Below, in pieces: positions 9,289 through 23,838 of a DNA stretch of 48,709 bases. Under the pieces are notes generated by a model that did no database searches, was not told the origin of the DNA, and was given only the letters and a program-made list of their open reading frames with translations. How positions within the stretch are numbered: the first letter of the stretch is position 1; each line of letters begins with the position of its first letter. Made by a program: the position numbers and the translations under genes. The DNA is taken from IMG/VR virus record IMGVR_UViG_3300042339_000806, one strand, 5' to 3'. This DNA is from a virus (Duplodnaviria > Heunggongvirae > Uroviricota > Caudoviricetes).

Positions 9289-9302
9289 TAATAATACTTA
9301 AT

Positions 9303-14287
<4,985 letters not shown>

Positions 14288-14288
<1 letters not shown>

Positions 14289-15022
14289 TGGCTGAGATTC
14301 ATGGACCAAGACATAATAAAGTTTCAGACGTAAGAGGTCCTTCAGGTTTTTATTCAATAAAACTTGGAGGGGAATACGTTACTGTATATGTAGACCAGGA
14401 GTATGATGGCGGTGGTTGGATATGTGTTTTAGCCAATAGAATTAATACAGGAGGTATGTCAAATTTAACATACTCAAATGCTGTAAATACAAGTAACTAT
14501 AGAACTGGAGGTTCTACAAATACAGCAGGACCGGTAGTAGACCCGTATTCACCTCTATCAGGATTATCAAATTATAATATTTGGATAGGAACCAAATATT
14601 GGGAATTATTAGGAAAAAGAGCAAATTCAAGCTATGTAACAGTAGTAAATTTTGTATCAACAACAACAGGTGCGGCATTAGGATCAACTGGATTACATAC
14701 AAAAAGGTATAGATGGAGATTTAATAACTTTACTTCGACATATGCATTTAGCGGTGCAGCAGCCATAAGTGATGAGACATCAACAGGATCACCAGGTATG
14801 TACTCCTATCATGCTCTTAATGGATTTAGTCTAACAACATACGATGGTGATCAAGATGCAAACGGGGATGGAAACTGTTCAACATATTACAACAATAACC
14901 CATTCTGGTATGGATATTGCTGGTCAGGAAACTGGTTCGCAGGAGGAGGGTATCAAGATACATCTTATTGGGATAGTTCTACTACAGATTATCATAATTA
15001 CGGAGCAGTTTATATAAAATAA
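14288..15022 (+). CDS. Fibrinogen-related domain (FReD)-like protein, putative lectin/adhesin
   Basis: SGFYSIK...VTVYVDQEYDGGGWICV at the N-terminus and FSLTTYDGDQD...NCSTYY..PFWYGYCW at the C-terminus match the fibrinogen-C pattern. Confidence 0.65.
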
Positions 15023-15024
15023 TT

Positions 15025-15246
15025 ATGCCAGCAAATACAGAATTAAAACCTATGAAATTAATACTCACTCAAGGAGAGGGTACATGGGATAAAGTAATTA
15101 CAGATTTAGAAGGAAATATAATCTTTGAACAAAGAGGATTGATTTTATCTGAAGAAAATACTAATAAAGAATACTTCGACGGATGGGAAACTCAATTAAA
15201 AGGATTACCATTTTGGAACATAGTAGAAGTAGAAAGATTTATATAA
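15025..15246 (+). CDS. Hypothetical protein
   Basis: 73-aa ORF packed with 1-2-nt gaps to its neighbours. Confidence 0.7.
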   Translation: MPANTELKPMKLILTQGEGTWDKVITDLEGNIIFEQRGLILSEENTNKEYFDGWETQLKGLPFWNIVEVERFI

Positions 15247-15247
15247 T

Positions 15248-16366
15248 ATGCCAGTAGCAGGAGGACCAAATACATTAGGAGAAAATAATTTAGTATTCGC
15301 TTACGATACAGGTGATGTGAAGAATTCGTACAAAGGACAACCTACCACTAATCTAGCAAATACAAATTCAGCTAGAACTATGTTTTTACATTACGGTTCT
15401 CACGCTATGACTTTTGCAGACGCACCTGAAAGAGGAGATGGTTGGAAAAAAGTTACAGTAACAACTGTTAACGGCGATAATAATAGATTATCACAGTTTC
15501 CGTACATAACAAGTGCGATAGGTCAAAGAACATACTCAGTAGAGTATGATGTAGGGGCACTCACTACATACAGTTGGAAACTAGACGGTTCAGGAGGGTA
15601 TGAAATTATTCCTATTACAGGTCAAGGAAAATTCCAGTTTACAGTAACACATGGTTCGGTAGGATCTTTTGCTCTTTTTTTAATAAATGGGACAGCAGCA
15701 ACAGGACTAAACCATGTAATATATTATAGATATTATCAAGTAGAAGATAAACCCACAGCTACTCCTTTCACAGCAGGTACTCGATCAGCAACACAAGGAC
15801 TTCTTCCAGTAATAGGTACTAGTTCAATAGATTTAACAAATGTATCTTTTGATTCAAATGCTAAAATGGTATTTGATGGTACAAATGATTATATGGTTAC
15901 ATCGACAGCAATTCCATGTAACTTTGGTACAGGAGATTTTACAGTAGAGGTATTAATATATCCAGAATCGTTTGCAAGTTATGCACACATGGTAGCATTA
16001 CCGAACCAAAGTACTTTTGCATTAAAAGCTAATATAAGCGACGGAGTAATATACTACTACGACCCAGCTTTTTCAACATATGGATCAACATCTGGATGGA
16101 CATTAACATTAAACCAGTGGAACCATGTTATCTTAACTAGATCAGGAAACGTAGCATATGCATATTTGAATGGAGTACCAAAAGGATCTAAAACTGGATT
16201 CAATACAAACTTTTCATCAACTCAAATAGTGAATGTAGGAAACGGAGGTGTAACTGAGTACACACAGAAAAAAATAGACGTAGTAAAAATATACAACAGA
16301 GCATTAACAGCCCAAGAAGTAAAACAAAACTCCCAACAATACAAAACACGTTTTAATTTAAGTTAA
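15248..16366 (+). CDS. LamG/ConA-like domain virion protein (paralog 1)
   Basis: FDGTNDY, DFTVEV, LNQWNHVILTR, AYLNG, VKIYNRALTAQEV. Confidence 0.8.
   Translation: MPVAGGPNTLGENNLVFAYDTGDVKNSYKGQPTTNLANTNSARTMFLHYGSHAMTFADAPERGDGWKKVTVTTVNGDNNRLSQFPYITSAIGQRTYSVEYDVGALTTYSWKLDGSGGYEIIPITGQGKFQFTVTHGSVGSFALFLINGTAATGLNHVIYYRYYQVEDKPTATPFTAGTRSATQGLLPVIGTSSIDLTNVSFDSNAKMVFDGTNDYMVTSTAIPCNFGTGDFTVEVLIYPESFASYAHMVALPNQSTFALKANISDGVIYYYDPAFSTYGSTSGWTLTLNQWNHVILTRSGNVAYAYLNGVPKGSKTGFNTNFSSTQIVNVGNGGVTEYTQKKIDVVKIYNRALTAQEVKQNSQQYKTRFNLS
15825..15862 (+). repeat. 38-bp perfect direct repeat, copy 1
   Basis: CAATAGATTTAACAAATGTATCTTTTGATTCAAATGCT, identical at 17038-17075. Confidence 0.9.
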
Positions 16367-16367
16367 T

Positions 16368-17612
16368 ATGGCAGTAGCACAAGGATATGGAAAAACAGTC
16401 ACATCAGGATCGGTGTTTGCTTATGATGTAGCAGATTTTAGAAATTCATATAAAGGAAAACCAGGTTACAATGTAACAGGAACACCAGCAGCTTGGGTGG
16501 GGAACAATAACACCTCTGACTTTAAGACAACTATAGGAACTACTACGGTAAATATACCTGCTATAGGAACTAGAGAAGTATCTTTTGTGGATATATGGAA
16601 TACAGGAGCTTCGAACTGCTGTCCATCATTATTTAGATACGGGGATTGGGGCATAACAGCTGGAGTAGTAGGAAGTACATTATATACATATTCTATAATA
16701 TATAAAACTAAATCAGGATATACGCATCCTAATTTTATGTATCGATACGAATATAACGGAGGAAGTTATATTACAGAAGTTGGAGTATTTGATACAGCTA
16801 AAAGAATAGACTTAGGAGATGGCTGGTATCAGGCATATAATACATTTACCACAAATGCATCTACAAACGTAATGTATTTAGGGATGTGGTATTATCAATA
16901 TAATGTATACGATACAGTTTACTTATACAAAGCATCACTCACACAAGGTACTCATACATTTCCACCAGAACAAATTATACCACCATATACAACCCGTTCT
17001 TCAACACAAGGACTTGTCCCGTTGGTAGGAAATTCAACAATAGATTTAACAAATGTATCTTTTGATTCAAATGCTCAAATGACTTTTGACGGTACGAATG
17101 ATTATATTGCTGCAGGAAATCCTACAGCCTATAGAATGGGTACGAGTAATTTTACATTAGAATGTGTAATGAAGCAATCAAAAACTTCTGGGCATTGCTT
17201 ACTAGAGTCTAGGGGAGATAGTTTAGCAGGGTATCTGTGGGTACATAATTACGGAACAACAGGACGAGGATCTCTTTTCCTGAATTACGGAGGTAATCAG
17301 TATGTATATCTTCAAGATGGAGGATATGTTGCAACAACAACTACGCAATACTACCACATGGCGGTTATAGCTAATAGGTCAGCAGGAACTCTTTCCTTTT
17401 TTGTTAATGGAAATAAAGTAGGAAACGATGTATCGATTCACAGTAATTCGATTACACCTACAGGAGGAGACAGGTACTGGGTAGGAGCAGATTTAGGAGG
17501 AAGTCCATGGCAGGGAGAGATACCCGTATTTAAACACTACAACAGAATACTTTCAGCATCTGAGTTAAGACAGAATTATTTACATTATAAAACAAGATTC
17601 AACTTAAGTTAA
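16368..17612 (+). CDS. LamG/ConA-like domain virion protein (paralog 2)
   Basis: FDGTNDY, NFTLECVMK, YYHMAVI, FFVNG, YNRILSASEL; shares N-terminus, linker and YKTRFNLS end with paralog 1. Confidence 0.8.
   Translation: MAVAQGYGKTVTSGSVFAYDVADFRNSYKGKPGYNVTGTPAAWVGNNNTSDFKTTIGTTTVNIPAIGTREVSFVDIWNTGASNCCPSLFRYGDWGITAGVVGSTLYTYSIIYKTKSGYTHPNFMYRYEYNGGSYITEVGVFDTAKRIDLGDGWYQAYNTFTTNASTNVMYLGMWYYQYNVYDTVYLYKASLTQGTHTFPPEQIIPPYTTRSSTQGLVPLVGNSTIDLTNVSFDSNAQMTFDGTNDYIAAGNPTAYRMGTSNFTLECVMKQSKTSGHCLLESRGDSLAGYLWVHNYGTTGRGSLFLNYGGNQYVYLQDGGYVATTTTQYYHMAVIANRSAGTLSFFVNGNKVGNDVSIHSNSITPTGGDRYWVGADLGGSPWQGEIPVFKHYNRILSASELRQNYLHYKTRFNLS
17038..17075 (+). repeat. 38-bp perfect direct repeat, copy 2
   Basis: Identical to 15825-15862. 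Confidence 0.9.
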
Positions 17613-17620
17613 TATTTATT
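17613..17620 (+). promoter_or_regulatory. TATTTATT variant motif
   Basis: Fills the short spacer before ATG 17625. Confidence 0.35.
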
Positions 17621-17624
17621 ATAT

Positions 17625-17966
17625 ATGAGTACACAATTTCCAAATAGAAGATGGTTGATAATACCAACCACAGTAACAGGATCAATTGATTTCAATCAAG
17701 TATTAGAATCATCACCAGAGAGTTTAAGACTATCTGTAGATGGAACTAAAACTTTTATTAAATATGAAATTATAGAAGTACCAGTTACATGTCAAACTGA
17801 ATTTGTAAATGCAGAAACAGGAGAACCTGAAGTATGTACTACAGAAGCAGGAGTGTACGGAAGACCGGATATTTACCAGGAAGGTGATACAGAGTATAAT
17901 CATGAAGAAATTCTTCATATATTATCAACTGAAGAGTGGTCAAAACCTCTACAAACTTTAGACTAA
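17625..17966 (+). CDS. Hypothetical protein of the fibre cluster
   Basis: 113 aa; RRWLIIP...[10 protein letters not shown]...[14 protein letters not shown]; tight packing. Confidence 0.75.
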   Translation: MSTQFPNRRWLIIPTTVTGSIDFNQVLESSPESLRLSVDGTKTFIKYEIIEVPVTCQTEFVNAETGEPEVCTTEAGVYGRPDIYQEGDTEYNHEEILHILSTEEWSKPLQTLD

Positions 17967-17967
17967 G

Positions 17968-20124
17968 ATGCCAGATATTAGAATAGTACCCGGAAATGCA
18001 ATAATGAGCTTTACAAGTTCATTAAATTACATAGAAAGAATAACACAAGATCCTTCTGGATCTCTAAACCTGTACGGTTCAGGGTCAACAGGAAGAACAG
18101 ATTTACTTTCAATAGACGGAAATAACGGAAGATTATTTACAGTATCTGACGACCTATCTGATTCTTTATTCTCAGTAAATACTATAGCAGGACTTCCAGT
18201 AATAGAAGCTTTTGCCGATAATAGAGTAAACATAGGACAGTACGGAGCAGAAGCTATTAAAGTATCAGGATCACGAGCCTTCATAACAGGTTCGTTATTT
18301 GGTACAGCTTCTTATGCGACTTTTGCACAAACACCAACAGTAACAGGAGCAACAGGAGTAATCGGAGTAAGCGGAGCTACAGGACCGATAGGTGTAACAG
18401 GAGCAACCGGACCAATTGGAGTAAGCGGAGCTACTGGAGTAATAGGAGTATCTGGAGCAACAGGCGTAATAGGAGTATCTGGAGCAACAGGCGTAATAGG
18501 AGTAAGTGGTGCAACCGGAGTAGTAGGTGTAAGTGGAGCTACTGGAGTAATAGGTGTAAGTGGAGCAACAGGAGTAGTCGGGGTATCTGGGGCAACTGGG
18601 GTAATAGGTGTAAGTGGAGCTACTGGAACAGTAGGGGTAACCGGTGCAACAGGGCCAGCAGCAGGATCAGCAAACCAAGTAGTATACAAAAATAGTTCAA
18701 ACGTTGCAGCAGGATCATCTAATTTAACATTTGATGGAACTACATTATTTGGAACACAATTCAGTGCACCAGCTCTAAGTGCAGGAAGCTCAGGAAACTT
18801 AAACACAGACTTTAACAATACACCAGCAAATACTTTTAGGTACCAAGGAGATCAAGCTAGTTTAACTAACAGTCCAGGAAATACTTGGTGGTTCTACCAA
18901 AATATGAGACATAGTAATGCGTCAAACTATTGGGGAACACAAGTAGCATGGGGTTGGGAGGATAACGCAAATAAATTAGCAACAAGAAATATAACCGGAG
19001 GTTCTTTTGGATCTTGGGTATATTACTTAAACAGTGCTAACTATAACTCATACGCACCGACTCTAACAGGAACAGGAGCATCAGGTAACTGGGGTATTAA
19101 TATAACAGGAAATGCAGGTACAGCTACTACTGCAGGTGTAATTGCATACTCACCTAACAGAACAGATGGAACAGCATACCCAGTTTTATGGGGAGCTGGA
19201 TCTACAACTACTCAGGCGTATTCTGCAGCAGCAGTTACTATTCAATCTAGCACAGGTACATTAAACGCAACTACTTTAGCAGCAACAACTCAAATCACTG
19301 CACCAATATTCTACGAGACTGGCACCACATCATATTATGTAGATCCAGCAAGTACATCTAGATTATTTCAGTTGGAAGTATATGAAAAAGTTCGAGCTGG
19401 GAACGGTTATGCAGGAGAGCCAACATTCACATTCACAGGAGATACCAATACAGGTATGTATAACATATCAGCAGATGTATTAGGATTCTCAACAGCTGGA
19501 ACTGCTAGAATGGCAATTCATGACAACGGAAAAGTATCTGTAAATAATACTGATAATACATTAGGGCAATTCTCAGTAAATAATAATGCATCAGTTACAT
19601 CATATAATACAACATTTCGTATGCTTGAGGGAGCTACTTTTAAAAATGATACTATACTTGGCTGGAATGTAGCAGGACAATATTCATTTTTTGGTAACTA
19701 TCAGAACTTTCCGTTAATACTTAGAACAAACGATCAAAATAGAGTTTGGATTACTGCTGGTGGCGCTATGGGATTAGGTATAACACCTACCAATACTGCC
19801 GGTAGATTTGAAGCCTCAAATGATATAGTAGCTTATTCTACTTCAGATAAAAGATGGAAAAATAATATTGTAAAAATAGATTCTCCATTAGAAAAAATAT
19901 CTCAAATTAGTGGAGTTGAATTTGATTGGATAGAAGATGAACCATTCCATGGTAATAAAGGACATGATGTTGGAGTTATTGCTCAAGAAATTGAACTAGT
20001 AATACCAGAAGCAGTTCAAACTAGAGAAAGTGGAATGAAAGCTGTTCAATATGATAAAATTATACCTTTATTAATTGAAGCTATAAAAGAATTGCAAAAA
20101 GAAATTAAAGAATTAAAAAAATAA
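17968..20124 (+). CDS. Tail fibre with collagen-like tract and C-terminal peptidase S74 intramolecular chaperone
   Basis: SDKRWKNNI at 19843, [38 protein letters not shown] coiled coil; 35 GXY triplets. Confidence 0.9.
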   Translation: MPDIRIVPGNAIMSFTSSLNYIERITQDPSGSLNLYGSGSTGRTDLLSIDGNNGRLFTVSDDLSDSLFSVNTIAGLPVIEAFADNRVNIGQYGAEAIKVSGSRAFITGSLFGTASYATFAQTPTVTGATGVIGVSGATGPIGVTGATGPIGVSGATGVIGVSGATGVIGVSGATGVIGVSGATGVVGVSGATGVIGVSGATGVVGVSGATGVIGVSGATGTVGVTGATGPAAGSANQVVYKNSSNVAAGSSNLTFDGTTLFGTQFSAPALSAGSSGNLNTDFNNTPANTFRYQGDQASLTNSPGNTWWFYQNMRHSNASNYWGTQVAWGWEDNANKLATRNITGGSFGSWVYYLNSANYNSYAPTLTGTGASGNWGINITGNAGTATTAGVIAYSPNRTDGTAYPVLWGAGSTTTQAYSAAAVTIQSSTGTLNATTLAATTQITAPIFYETGTTSYYVDPASTSRLFQLEVYEKVRAGNGYAGEPTFTFTGDTNTGMYNISADVLGFSTAGTARMAIHDNGKVSVNNTDNTLGQFSVNNNASVTSYNTTFRMLEGATFKNDTILGWNVAGQYSFFGNYQNFPLILRTNDQNRVWITAGGAMGLGITPTNTAGRFEASNDIVAYSTSDKRWKNNIVKIDSPLEKISQISGVEFDWIEDEPFHGNKGHDVGVIAQEIELVIPEAVQTRESGMKAVQYDKIIPLLIEAIKELQKEIKELKK
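18346..18660 (+). repeat. Collagen-like tract 3 (35 Gly-X-Y triplets; 9-aa unit GAT-GVI-GVS)
   Basis: Counted; contains a perfect 27-nt tandem repeat at 18439-18504. Confidence 0.9.
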
Positions 20125-20136
20125 AAAATAAATGTT

Positions 20137-21357
20137 ATGAGTAATGCATCTTGCGGGATAGCAACGGTTATTATAGGTAGAGAATTTTCATTAACACCTC
20201 TACTAAGTTATTTTAAAAATGTAGAAGTACCTGAGAATATAGATGTGAATCTGTATATAGTATTAGGATGCGATGCAGACTTTGAAATATTGGTAAAAGA
20301 TAGAATTAAAGAGTTAGAATTAAGTAGTAAATATAATAACATTTCTTATATAAAAGGAGTTTCAAAATGCTATTCTGATTTGAGTTGGAATGAATGGGAA
20401 ACATTTACAAGACAACAAGACCCAGAAAAAAAACATAGAGCTGCATTAGAGAATATTGAGATAGGATTAGATGCTGCAAAAAATGAAACATACGTTCATT
20501 TTGTAGATGACGATACAATACCGCCAGTTAATGCTTTAGAAGATTTATTAAAATCTTATCAGAGTATTAATAATTGCGGAATAGCAAGTGGTATTTATTT
20601 TAATAAGACTTGGGTAGAGCCTACAATAGCAGTACGGAAAGTAGAAACATCTAGAAGAATAGTAGGAAGTTTTAAGAAAGAGACTTGGAAAGGATGTTCT
20701 ATTGATGATTTAGCAATTGAAAATTATCAAGATGTAGGATTTGTAGGAAATGGATGCATGTTGTTATCAGGTAGTGATGTAAAAAAAATAATACCCCTAC
20801 CTAAGTGGCATGAGGATGGAGATGATATAGCACCACCGGATTTTATAATATGTAGACGAATTAGAAGATTAGGTAAAATAATATCCATAGTTCCATCTGT
20901 TATAGCTGAGCATTTAGATCAATCAGGTGAACCAGTAGGACTTACATTAAAGTATTTAGAGAATATAAAAAACTCAACAGGTACTTTAAAATGCCTAGTT
21001 ACACATTATAGTAAGTATCTGAATTATGAAATACTAAGTAAACAGTATGATAAAATATTAGTTATCTACTATACTGAAACTCATAAGGAAGTACCAAGCA
21101 AATTATATAACCTCAGTAATATAGAAATTATAAAGAGGAGTATAAAAGAAACTTGTAACAAATACTCAGATATTAGGAACTACAAGGAAATTAGAGGAGA
21201 GACTATGCAGTATGATATTTTAGAAGAAATGCATAATTTTATTAAAGATAAATTTAACTATGTAATATACTACTATAACATATTAGGTAATGTAATAACA
21301 AAAATACCTTTACTAGACAGTAGAAATTTAAAAAAATTATTGAATACAAAACCATGA
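20137..21357 (+). CDS. GT-A fold (GT2-like) glycosyltransferase with C-terminal extension
   Basis: YVHFVDDDTIPP (DxD at 20506-20514), GIASGIY, VGFVGNGCMLL, PDFIICRRIRRLG.IISIVPSVIAEH. Confidence 0.7.
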   Translation: MSNASCGIATVIIGREFSLTPLLSYFKNVEVPENIDVNLYIVLGCDADFEILVKDRIKELELSSKYNNISYIKGVSKCYSDLSWNEWETFTRQQDPEKKHRAALENIEIGLDAAKNETYVHFVDDDTIPPVNALEDLLKSYQSINNCGIASGIYFNKTWVEPTIAVRKVETSRRIVGSFKKETWKGCSIDDLAIENYQDVGFVGNGCMLLSGSDVKKIIPLPKWHEDGDDIAPPDFIICRRIRRLGKIISIVPSVIAEHLDQSGEPVGLTLKYLENIKNSTGTLKCLVTHYSKYLNYEILSKQYDKILVIYYTETHKEVPSKLYNLSNIEIIKRSIKETCNKYSDIRNYKEIRGETMQYDILEEMHNFIKDKFNYVIYYYNILGNVITKIPLLDSRNLKKLLNTKP

Positions 21358-21605
21358 ATGAACAAATTAGGTTATCAGAAGAAGAAATAGGAGTAAGTAG
21401 TACTCTTTATAAAAAAAGAATTGAATATTTGATTAAGCTAGGTGAAGTGAAACTTGCAGAAATTACTAATGAAAAAATTACTGAAGAGACTTACTTTAAC
21501 CTACTGGAGTTAAACACAAGAGAAATTCAGTTTAAAGAATTACTAACTGAAAGATATGGAATAGGATCTATTGATTCAGCTACAGGATACTATATAAAAA
21601 AATAG
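21354..21605 (+). CDS. Small coiled-coil protein, YGxGSID family (paralog of 23425..23697)
   Basis: C-terminal ERYGIGSIDSATGYY vs TAYGKGSIDLEKGEF. Confidence 0.7.
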   Translation: MNEQIRLSEEEIGVSSTLYKKRIEYLIKLGEVKLAEITNEKITEETYFNLLELNTREIQFKELLTERYGIGSIDSATGYYIKK

Positions 21606-21626
21606 AAACAGCTAATAGAGTAAATT

Positions 21627-21950
21627 ATGACTTATACTTGGAAAGTAACAGGAGTTAAAACAGTAGATACAGGAGATGTAACAGACGCAGTTATACAGAC
21701 CTATTGGGAAAAAACAGGAACTGATGAAAACGGAAATGAAGCAACATTTACAGGAGCAACACCATTTCCGCAATCTACAATTAATTCAGAAACGTTTGTA
21801 CCATATACAGAATTAACAGAAGAAATTGTACTAGGATGGATTCAAGCTGTTGTTGTAGGTTCTTACGAAGAACACGTAAATGATCAAATACAAAAACAAA
21901 TTGACGCTAAGGCTATTAAAACACCAGGACTTCCTTGGGCATCTGAATAA
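21627..21950 (+). CDS. Putative fibre assembly chaperone (paralog of 22963..23379)
   Basis: YTWKV...W...GTDENG...F.P..E....V.GW pattern shared with 22963..23379. Confidence 0.7.
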   Translation: MTYTWKVTGVKTVDTGDVTDAVIQTYWEKTGTDENGNEATFTGATPFPQSTINSETFVPYTELTEEIVLGWIQAVVVGSYEEHVNDQIQKQIDAKAIKTPGLPWASE

Positions 21951-21974
21951 ACTAATAAATTAAAAGTAAAGTAA

Positions 21975-22382
21975 ATGGCATTACCAGCTAGTGGAGTATT
22001 AAGCTTCTCAACAATAGCAACAGAGTTAGCAACAGCCCCGCCATTCTCTCTAAGAAGTATGTCTTCAATAGCAGGATTTTCTACTCCTGATGCTGTAAGT
22101 GAGTTTTATGGATACGGTGCTGTGACTTATACATACCTTAATAACTATGCTGCAGGAGATCCTTGTAACTATGACTATTGGGAGATCTATTTAGGAAGTG
22201 ATGGGATATACTACAGGTTTGATGGAGCATATTACGACCCAATGTATAATTATACAGACCTCTGGTACGAATACCTATATTATGAACCATTATTTCCTGC
22301 TGATATATACCAAGAATGGGAGATTAATTCAGCCTCAACAGTATTGACAAGTAATGGAAATGTAGCAGTTAACTGTTTTTAA
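21975..22382 (+). CDS. Putative fibre-tip adhesin (MALPxSG...SEFYG N-terminus, Tyr-rich C-terminus)
   Basis: N-terminus of the type often seen in small genes after S74 fibres; 19 Tyr in the last ~92 aa. Confidence 0.6.
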   Translation: MALPASGVLSFSTIATELATAPPFSLRSMSSIAGFSTPDAVSEFYGYGAVTYTYLNNYAAGDPCNYDYWEIYLGSDGIYYRFDGAYYDPMYNYTDLWYEYLYYEPLFPADIYQEWEINSASTVLTSNGNVAVNCF

Positions 22383-22388
22383 GTAAAG

Positions 22389-22940
22389 ATGAAAGAGAAA
22401 ATAGAGCCATATACAATTGAAGGTCAAGGAGTAGCTACAGAAGCTTTAGTTGAAATACAAAGTCGGTTTACAACACAAGACAAAGCAGTAATCTACTACG
22501 ATTTAAGAGATAAAACTCAGACAAGTACTGTACGCGTACTCACCACAGGTGAAATACTTACTCTACCTTATAAAATACTATCTTATCAAAAAATAACAGT
22601 TACAGGAGATGATCGTGCCGCTATTGGAGCAGATGCAACATTTGCATCAAATATAGTATTTAGAGAGAGAACAGATGTAGTAAAAAGATCAAGTTCGACT
22701 GCTATTATGGTAGGAATATCTTATGGTGATTCAAAAGAAGCTTGTATGAATTTCATTAATGGAAAAACAAAAGTATTTTATATAGATAATGAAGACTTCA
22801 GTCTTGCTACTCTACTGGCCGAAGACGAAGGTATGACTATGGGAGTAAAAGATGCAGTATATATCGCCGGCGATTCAATAATCAGGTACTGGAAAGGAGA
22901 TGGTTTTGATCAGGAATTCCTAGACGTTTGTGAAGAGTAA
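22389..22940 (+). CDS. Hypothetical protein of the fibre cluster
   Basis: 183-aa ORF, tightly packed. Confidence 0.7.
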   Translation: MKEKIEPYTIEGQGVATEALVEIQSRFTTQDKAVIYYDLRDKTQTSTVRVLTTGEILTLPYKILSYQKITVTGDDRAAIGADATFASNIVFRERTDVVKRSSSTAIMVGISYGDSKEACMNFINGKTKVFYIDNEDFSLATLLAEDEGMTMGVKDAVYIAGDSIIRYWKGDGFDQEFLDVCEE

Positions 22941-22962
22941 TAATAAAAACAAATAAAAACAA

Positions 22963-23379
22963 ATGACAACATTTAATTGGACAATCTCTGCAGTAGAGAG
23001 AGAAGTAAACCTAGACGGTTTAGAAAACGTAATTAAAACAATTCACTGGAGGTACAAAGGTACAGACGAAAACGGTGTAACAGCTGAAACTTATGGAGCA
23101 ACCGCTATTGGAAATCCAAACCCCGAAAGCTTCACACCTTGGGAAGAAGTATCAGACCCAGTAGCAATTGGATGGTTAGAGGATATAATGAATACAACAC
23201 CGGCGCTAATGCCAGAAGGAGCAGAGACAAGCCCTACTACGTTAGAGAGACTACAAGCAAATATCGAAGCACAAATTGCACTACTTGTTGCACCTAAAAC
23301 AATTACAGGTCCTTTATATAGCGCACCAGTTGTAGAGGGAGTAGTAGGAGAAGAAGTAGTGTTGGATACTCAAGAATAA
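22963..23379 (+). CDS. Putative fibre assembly chaperone (paralog of 21627..21950)
   Basis: FNWTI...VIKTIHWRYKGTDENG...FTPWEEV...IGW. Confidence 0.7.
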   Translation: MTTFNWTISAVEREVNLDGLENVIKTIHWRYKGTDENGVTAETYGATAIGNPNPESFTPWEEVSDPVAIGWLEDIMNTTPALMPEGAETSPTTLERLQANIEAQIALLVAPKTITGPLYSAPVVEGVVGEEVVLDTQE

Positions 23380-23392
23380 ATTACTATATTAT
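23362..23392 (+). promoter_or_regulatory. TTG-N20-TATATTAT promoter
   Basis: TTG 23362-23364, 20 nt, TATATTAT 23385-23392. Confidence 0.55.
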
Positions 23393-23424
23393 AGTATTAA
23401 TCGATTAACATAAAAATAAGTTTC

Positions 23425-23697
23425 ATGGAAAACAAAAAATTAACACAAGAAGAGTTACAACAAATTGAAGCAGTAAAACAAAAAAGCCAAGCAGTTGTAC
23501 AAGAATTAGGTCAGATTGAATTATTAAAATTAAATCTAAAGAGTAGAAGAGAAAGTGTACTTGCTTTTTTAGAAGAATTAAAACAAGAAGAAAAAGCATT
23601 GGCTGAAGCATTAGAAACTGCTTACGGAAAAGGTTCAATTGATCTTGAAAAAGGAGAATTCACACCTCTAGTAGAAGAAGTAGAAGTAGCAGAATAA
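23425..23697 (+). CDS. Small coiled-coil protein, YGxGSID family
   Basis: 90 aa, Glu/Lys heptads, then YGKGSIDLEKGEF. Confidence 0.75.
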   Translation: MENKKLTQEELQQIEAVKQKSQAVVQELGQIELLKLNLKSRRESVLAFLEELKQEEKALAEALETAYGKGSIDLEKGEFTPLVEEVEVAE

Positions 23698-23722
23698 TTA
23701 CTGTAAAAAGTAAGAGGAATAT

Positions 23723-23745
23723 AAGGAGGGTTTTGACTCTCCTTT
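23723..23745 (+). terminator. Probable terminator hairpin
   Basis: AAGGAGGG-ttttga-CTCTCCTT (8 bp, one G-U); weak U-tract. Confidence 0.55.
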
Positions 23746-23805
23746 CCTATTTATTAGAGAATATAGAACCTCTAATCATATAAGATGGTTATCGAAATCC
23801 CAAGA

Positions 23806-23813
23806 TATTTATA
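23806..23813 (+). promoter_or_regulatory. TATTTATA motif before sheath gene (second TATTTATT copy at 23748-23755)
   Basis: Exact copy, 25 nt before ATG 23839. Confidence 0.55.
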
Positions 23814-23838
23814 ATAAATTAAAACAAATTAAATAAAC

